A stretch of DNA of 64,000 nucleotides from Nanobdellota archaeon (GTDB lineage: Archaea; Nanobdellota; Nanobdellia; Woesearchaeales; UBA583): NCBI GenBank assembly GCA_022565615.1, contig JAIUMM010000001.1, positions 11,680 through 75,679 on the forward strand, written 5' to 3'. The notes beneath the pieces were generated by a model. It saw nothing but the letters and a program-made list of their open reading frames with translations, was not told the origin of the DNA and ran no database searches. Shown here in pieces: positions 61,137 to 64,000 of this stretch (the stretch's first letter is position 1; every line of letters starts with the position of its first letter). The translations under genes were made by a program, and so were the position numbers.

Positions 61137-61966
61137 TGGAATTTATTAATTTAATAACTCAAGAAACTATTGGACTTAAAGAAGAAGAATTTGTAACAAT
61201 AAAGTATTATGACAAATTAAGTCTTATTTTATCAATTCCTCATTCATCCACTTTAGTAGATAGAAGATGTTTAGAGTTTAGAAACTTCACAAAGAGTATA
61301 TTATTAGATACAGACATACATACAAGTATGGTATATGCTTTAGAAATAGGAACAACTATTCAAGGAGTATGTAATCCATATATGGTAAATTATTCAAGAA
61401 ATAGACAAAGTATTAATGATAAAAGAGGAGTTATGCCATGGGAATTTTTAGATTCTACAACTATATTAAAACAAGAATATTCTCAAGAATTGCAAGAAGA
61501 ATTACTAAACTCATATTATGACAAATATCATTTAGAATTAGAAAAAGAGATTTTAAAAAAAATTGAAAAAAATGGTTTTGCTCTTCTCATTGATTGTCAT
61601 TCAATGGCTAAAGTTCCAATTAAAAATTGTGTTGCAACATCTCAAGAAATTAGACCTGAAATTTGCATTGGAACACTAGAAGGTAAAAGTACTGAGTTAG
61701 AAATAGTACAAAAATTACAATCTTTTTTTCAAAAAAATGGATATGAAACAACAATCGATAAACCTTACAAAGGAGGATATATCACACAAAAATATTCTTC
61801 AATTAAAAATACGCATGTTATCCAAATTGAGATTTCAAAAGAACTATATTGTTTTAATTCTCTTCAAGAGAATTTTAAAATTAAATCATATGAGACGAAT
61901 AAATTACAAAAAACTCTAAGAGAAGGATTTTTACAATTTTATAAACTTTTGGAAAAGAAATACTAA
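61136..61966 (+). CDS. N-formylglutamate amidohydrolase-like protein
   Basis: SIPHS, DTD, YYDKYH, IDCHSM, PYKGGYIT and IQIEI. Confidence 0.9.
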   Translation: MEFINLITQETIGLKEEEFVTIKYYDKLSLILSIPHSSTLVDRRCLEFRNFTKSILLDTDIHTSMVYALEIGTTIQGVCNPYMVNYSRNRQSINDKRGVMPWEFLDSTTILKQEYSQELQEELLNSYYDKYHLELEKEILKKIEKNGFALLIDCHSMAKVPIKNCVATSQEIRPEICIGTLEGKSTELEIVQKLQSFFQKNGYETTIDKPYKGGYITQKYSSIKNTHVIQIEISKELYCFNSLQENFKIKSYETNKLQKTLREGFLQFYKLLEKKY

Positions 61967-62016
61967 ATTTAAAAGTACAAAAATTTAAAAAAAACAATGT
62001 TAACTAATGATGTATC

Positions 62017-62598
62017 ATGAACAAAATTATGATAACTATACTAATGATTATCTCTTTAATTTTTGCAGGATGTTCATCAAATTCAGATGAACAAAATTCA
62101 CAAGATATTAGAGAAAATATGGAAACTATGGCAGAAAAAAATGGAGCAGAAGTTCCCTTCAATGAAGAGCAACTTAATGAAGTTGAAGAAACTATAAGTG
62201 AGTCTTTAGAAAACATACAAAATGTTGAACAAGAGGTTCTTGAAGATAGAGTTGTATTTGATGATGAAAATTCAACTCTAAGAGTTGAAGATGGAAGAGT
62301 AATTGCTCAAGTTAATAGAAGTGTAGATTTTGAAGCTAGACCTTTTAGTGAATGGTGTATTAATGGTGAAACATACACATTTGAAGGAGAGGATGGGGAT
62401 ATTGAATCAGTAATTCAAGGAGTATCAACTCATAACGGAATTCAAGTTTGTGAAGCACATCATACTATGGTTCAAGAAACTCCAATTGGAACTTTTGAAA
62501 TTAATACAGTATATTTCATTAATGAAGATATTACAAAATTATGGATTGTAACTGATTTTATGGGTCAAGTTAGTGAAACAGAAATTGAATTACAATAA
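62017..62598 (+). CDS. Putative lipoprotein
   Basis: MNKIMITILMIISLIFAG|C lipobox followed by an acidic domain. Confidence 0.75.
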   Translation: MNKIMITILMIISLIFAGCSSNSDEQNSQDIRENMETMAEKNGAEVPFNEEQLNEVEETISESLENIQNVEQEVLEDRVVFDDENSTLRVEDGRVIAQVNRSVDFEARPFSEWCINGETYTFEGEDGDIESVIQGVSTHNGIQVCEAHHTMVQETPIGTFEINTVYFINEDITKLWIVTDFMGQVSETEIELQ

Positions 62599-62599
62599 A

Positions 62600-62632
<33 letters not shown>

Positions 62633-62779
62633 TTTTTTCAATAAAATATAATCCTATCATTCTAATAAACAAAATAAAATTCAGAACTAACTTATTATTT
62701 AAAGTGTATTTTATTTTAGAAATATTTGTTAAATTTAAATATGTATTTAATAATTTAATTTAATTTAATTTAATTTAAT

Positions 62780-64000
62780 TTAACAATTTGAACATGAAGC
62801 AGGAAGTGAAATTCCACTCTCTCTTCCAAATCCTTCTTCATTTTGTCCAATAGTATATGTTGGAAGCATTGAGTTTTCACCTACTCTTATATGAGTAAGT
62901 TTACTCTCTCTTACACCATTGTGAGTCATTGTAATTCTTACTAAATATGTACCATCTTCAGTTCCTTGTGGAACCATAATGTTCATAGGAACTACTCTTT
63001 CTTCAAATGGTTGAAGAACATATCTTCCATTACTTTGAACAAATATTTGTTGACCAGTAATTGTATACTCAACAGTTTTCACTTCATTTTCATTATTAAT
63101 TAATACAACTGAGAACTGGTTATATCCAGACTTAAATGTTGAATCTTGTAATAATGTAGTTAGGTGATTTCTAAAGTCAATACCCTGTCCTCTAATTGAA
63201 GGAATTCCTGCTTCTTGAGTTGGTCTAATAAATGTAATTGGAGCTGATCGTTGATCAATAAATCCATAATTATCCCAAAACTCTACAACAAGAGTACACT
63301 CTTTATCATATTCAACTCTAAGTTGGAAATCATTAATGAATAATTCAAAGTCAAATACTACATCATTCATCATATTTCTACTCTTCAAAGCTGCATTAAT
63401 CCATTGTTCATTTTGAAGACTATTTACAACTCCATCTTCACATACAATGTATGGTCTAAATCTTGTAACTCTTTGAGCAAGTGTTTCATTTGCAAATGTA
63501 ATTGTAACATCTACATTACTATTATCACCAGACTCAGTATCAACAATAATACTCTGATTTTCTAACTTATCTTCTTCTCTAAACACTAATACTGAATCAC
63601 TAAGTTCAACAGTATTTCCTCTCTCATCTACTCCTCTTGCAGTAAATGTGTAACTACCACCAACTACATTAGTAAGAGTAATTGTCTCAACACATTCATT
63701 TCCAATAATAACGCCATTATTGAATACTTCACATGTTACACTTAAATTTTGAGGATGAGTAATATTTACATTTACTTCAATATTTGAAGGTTCAAATGAT
63801 TGTTTAGGTGTTGCAACAAGTGTTCCTTGTGGACTTAGAGCTTCAATTACTTCAACTTGTTCAACTAATACAACAGTATTTCCATTTTTATCTACAGTTG
63901 TAAGTGTTACATCATACTCTCCAATTTGATTATACGAAGTATTTAGTGTAAAGTTCCCAATACAATTCCCTCCTCCAATTGCTTGAAGAAGTCTTCCATT
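62780..64000 (-). CDS. 3' part of a large surface protein with PKD/Ig-like repeats (starts outside the window)
   Basis: The frame is open from 64000 (NGRLLQAIGGGNC..GEYDVTLTTVDKNGN..GSYTFTARGVDERGN) into the listed 268-aa ORF. Confidence 0.82.
   Translation of the reverse strand, partial: NGRLLQAIGGGNCIGNFTLNTSYNQIGEYDVTLTTVDKNGNTVVLVEQVEVIEALSPQGTLVATPKQSFEPSNIEVNVNITHPQNLSVTCEVFNNGVIIGNECVETITLTNVVGGSYTFTARGVDERGNTVELSDSVLVFREEDKLENQSIIVDTESGDNSNVDVTITFANETLAQRVTRFRPYIVCEDGVVNSLQNEQWINAALKSRNMMNDVVFDFELFINDFQLRVEYDKECTLVVEFWDNYGFIDQRSAPITFIRPTQEAGIPSIRGQGIDFRNHLTTLLQDSTFKSGYNQFSVVLINNENEVKTVEYTITGQQIFVQSNGRYVLQPFEERVVPMNIMVPQGTEDGTYLVRITMTHNGVRESKLTHIRVGENSMLPTYTIGQNEEGFGRESGISLPASCSNC

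Overview
This is a very AT-rich, gene-dense archaeal chromosome segment, most likely from a DPANN (Nanoarchaeota/Woesearchaeales-like) organism. The archaeal informational genes are aEF-2, MCM, aCPSF1/FttA, Cbf5, Rpo4, eL21, eL37, eL41, ArgRS and A/V-ATPase A; several sit alone rather than in their usual operons. Many genes have a TTTATAAA box about 22-28 nt before the ATG, consistent with leaderless transcripts. Bacterial-type genes include DTD, BolA plus CGFS glutaredoxin, a DEAD-box helicase, PpaC, RadC, an SNF2 helicase, membrane-anchored MsrA/MsrB, HutG and a Tat-exported GH73 peptidoglycan hydrolase. Defence genes are Shedu, two toxin-antitoxin pairs and a HEPN-motif ORF. No rRNA, tRNA, CRISPR array, integrase or transposase was recognised. 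The most notable observations are: (i) several short hairpin-rich inserts bracketed by 15-33 bp duplications of gene starts, gene ends or promoter DNA, plus a 3-unit palindrome array with a conserved unpaired GC; (ii) a 1861-aa acidic alpha/beta coiled-coil fibre with an aromatic C-terminus; (iii) the secreted peptidoglycan hydrolase; (iv) eroded paralogues of PEP synthase and possibly ProRS; (v) an in-frame TGA at a conserved Gly of a DUF655 gene. All assignments come from motif recognition by eye; no database search was run.
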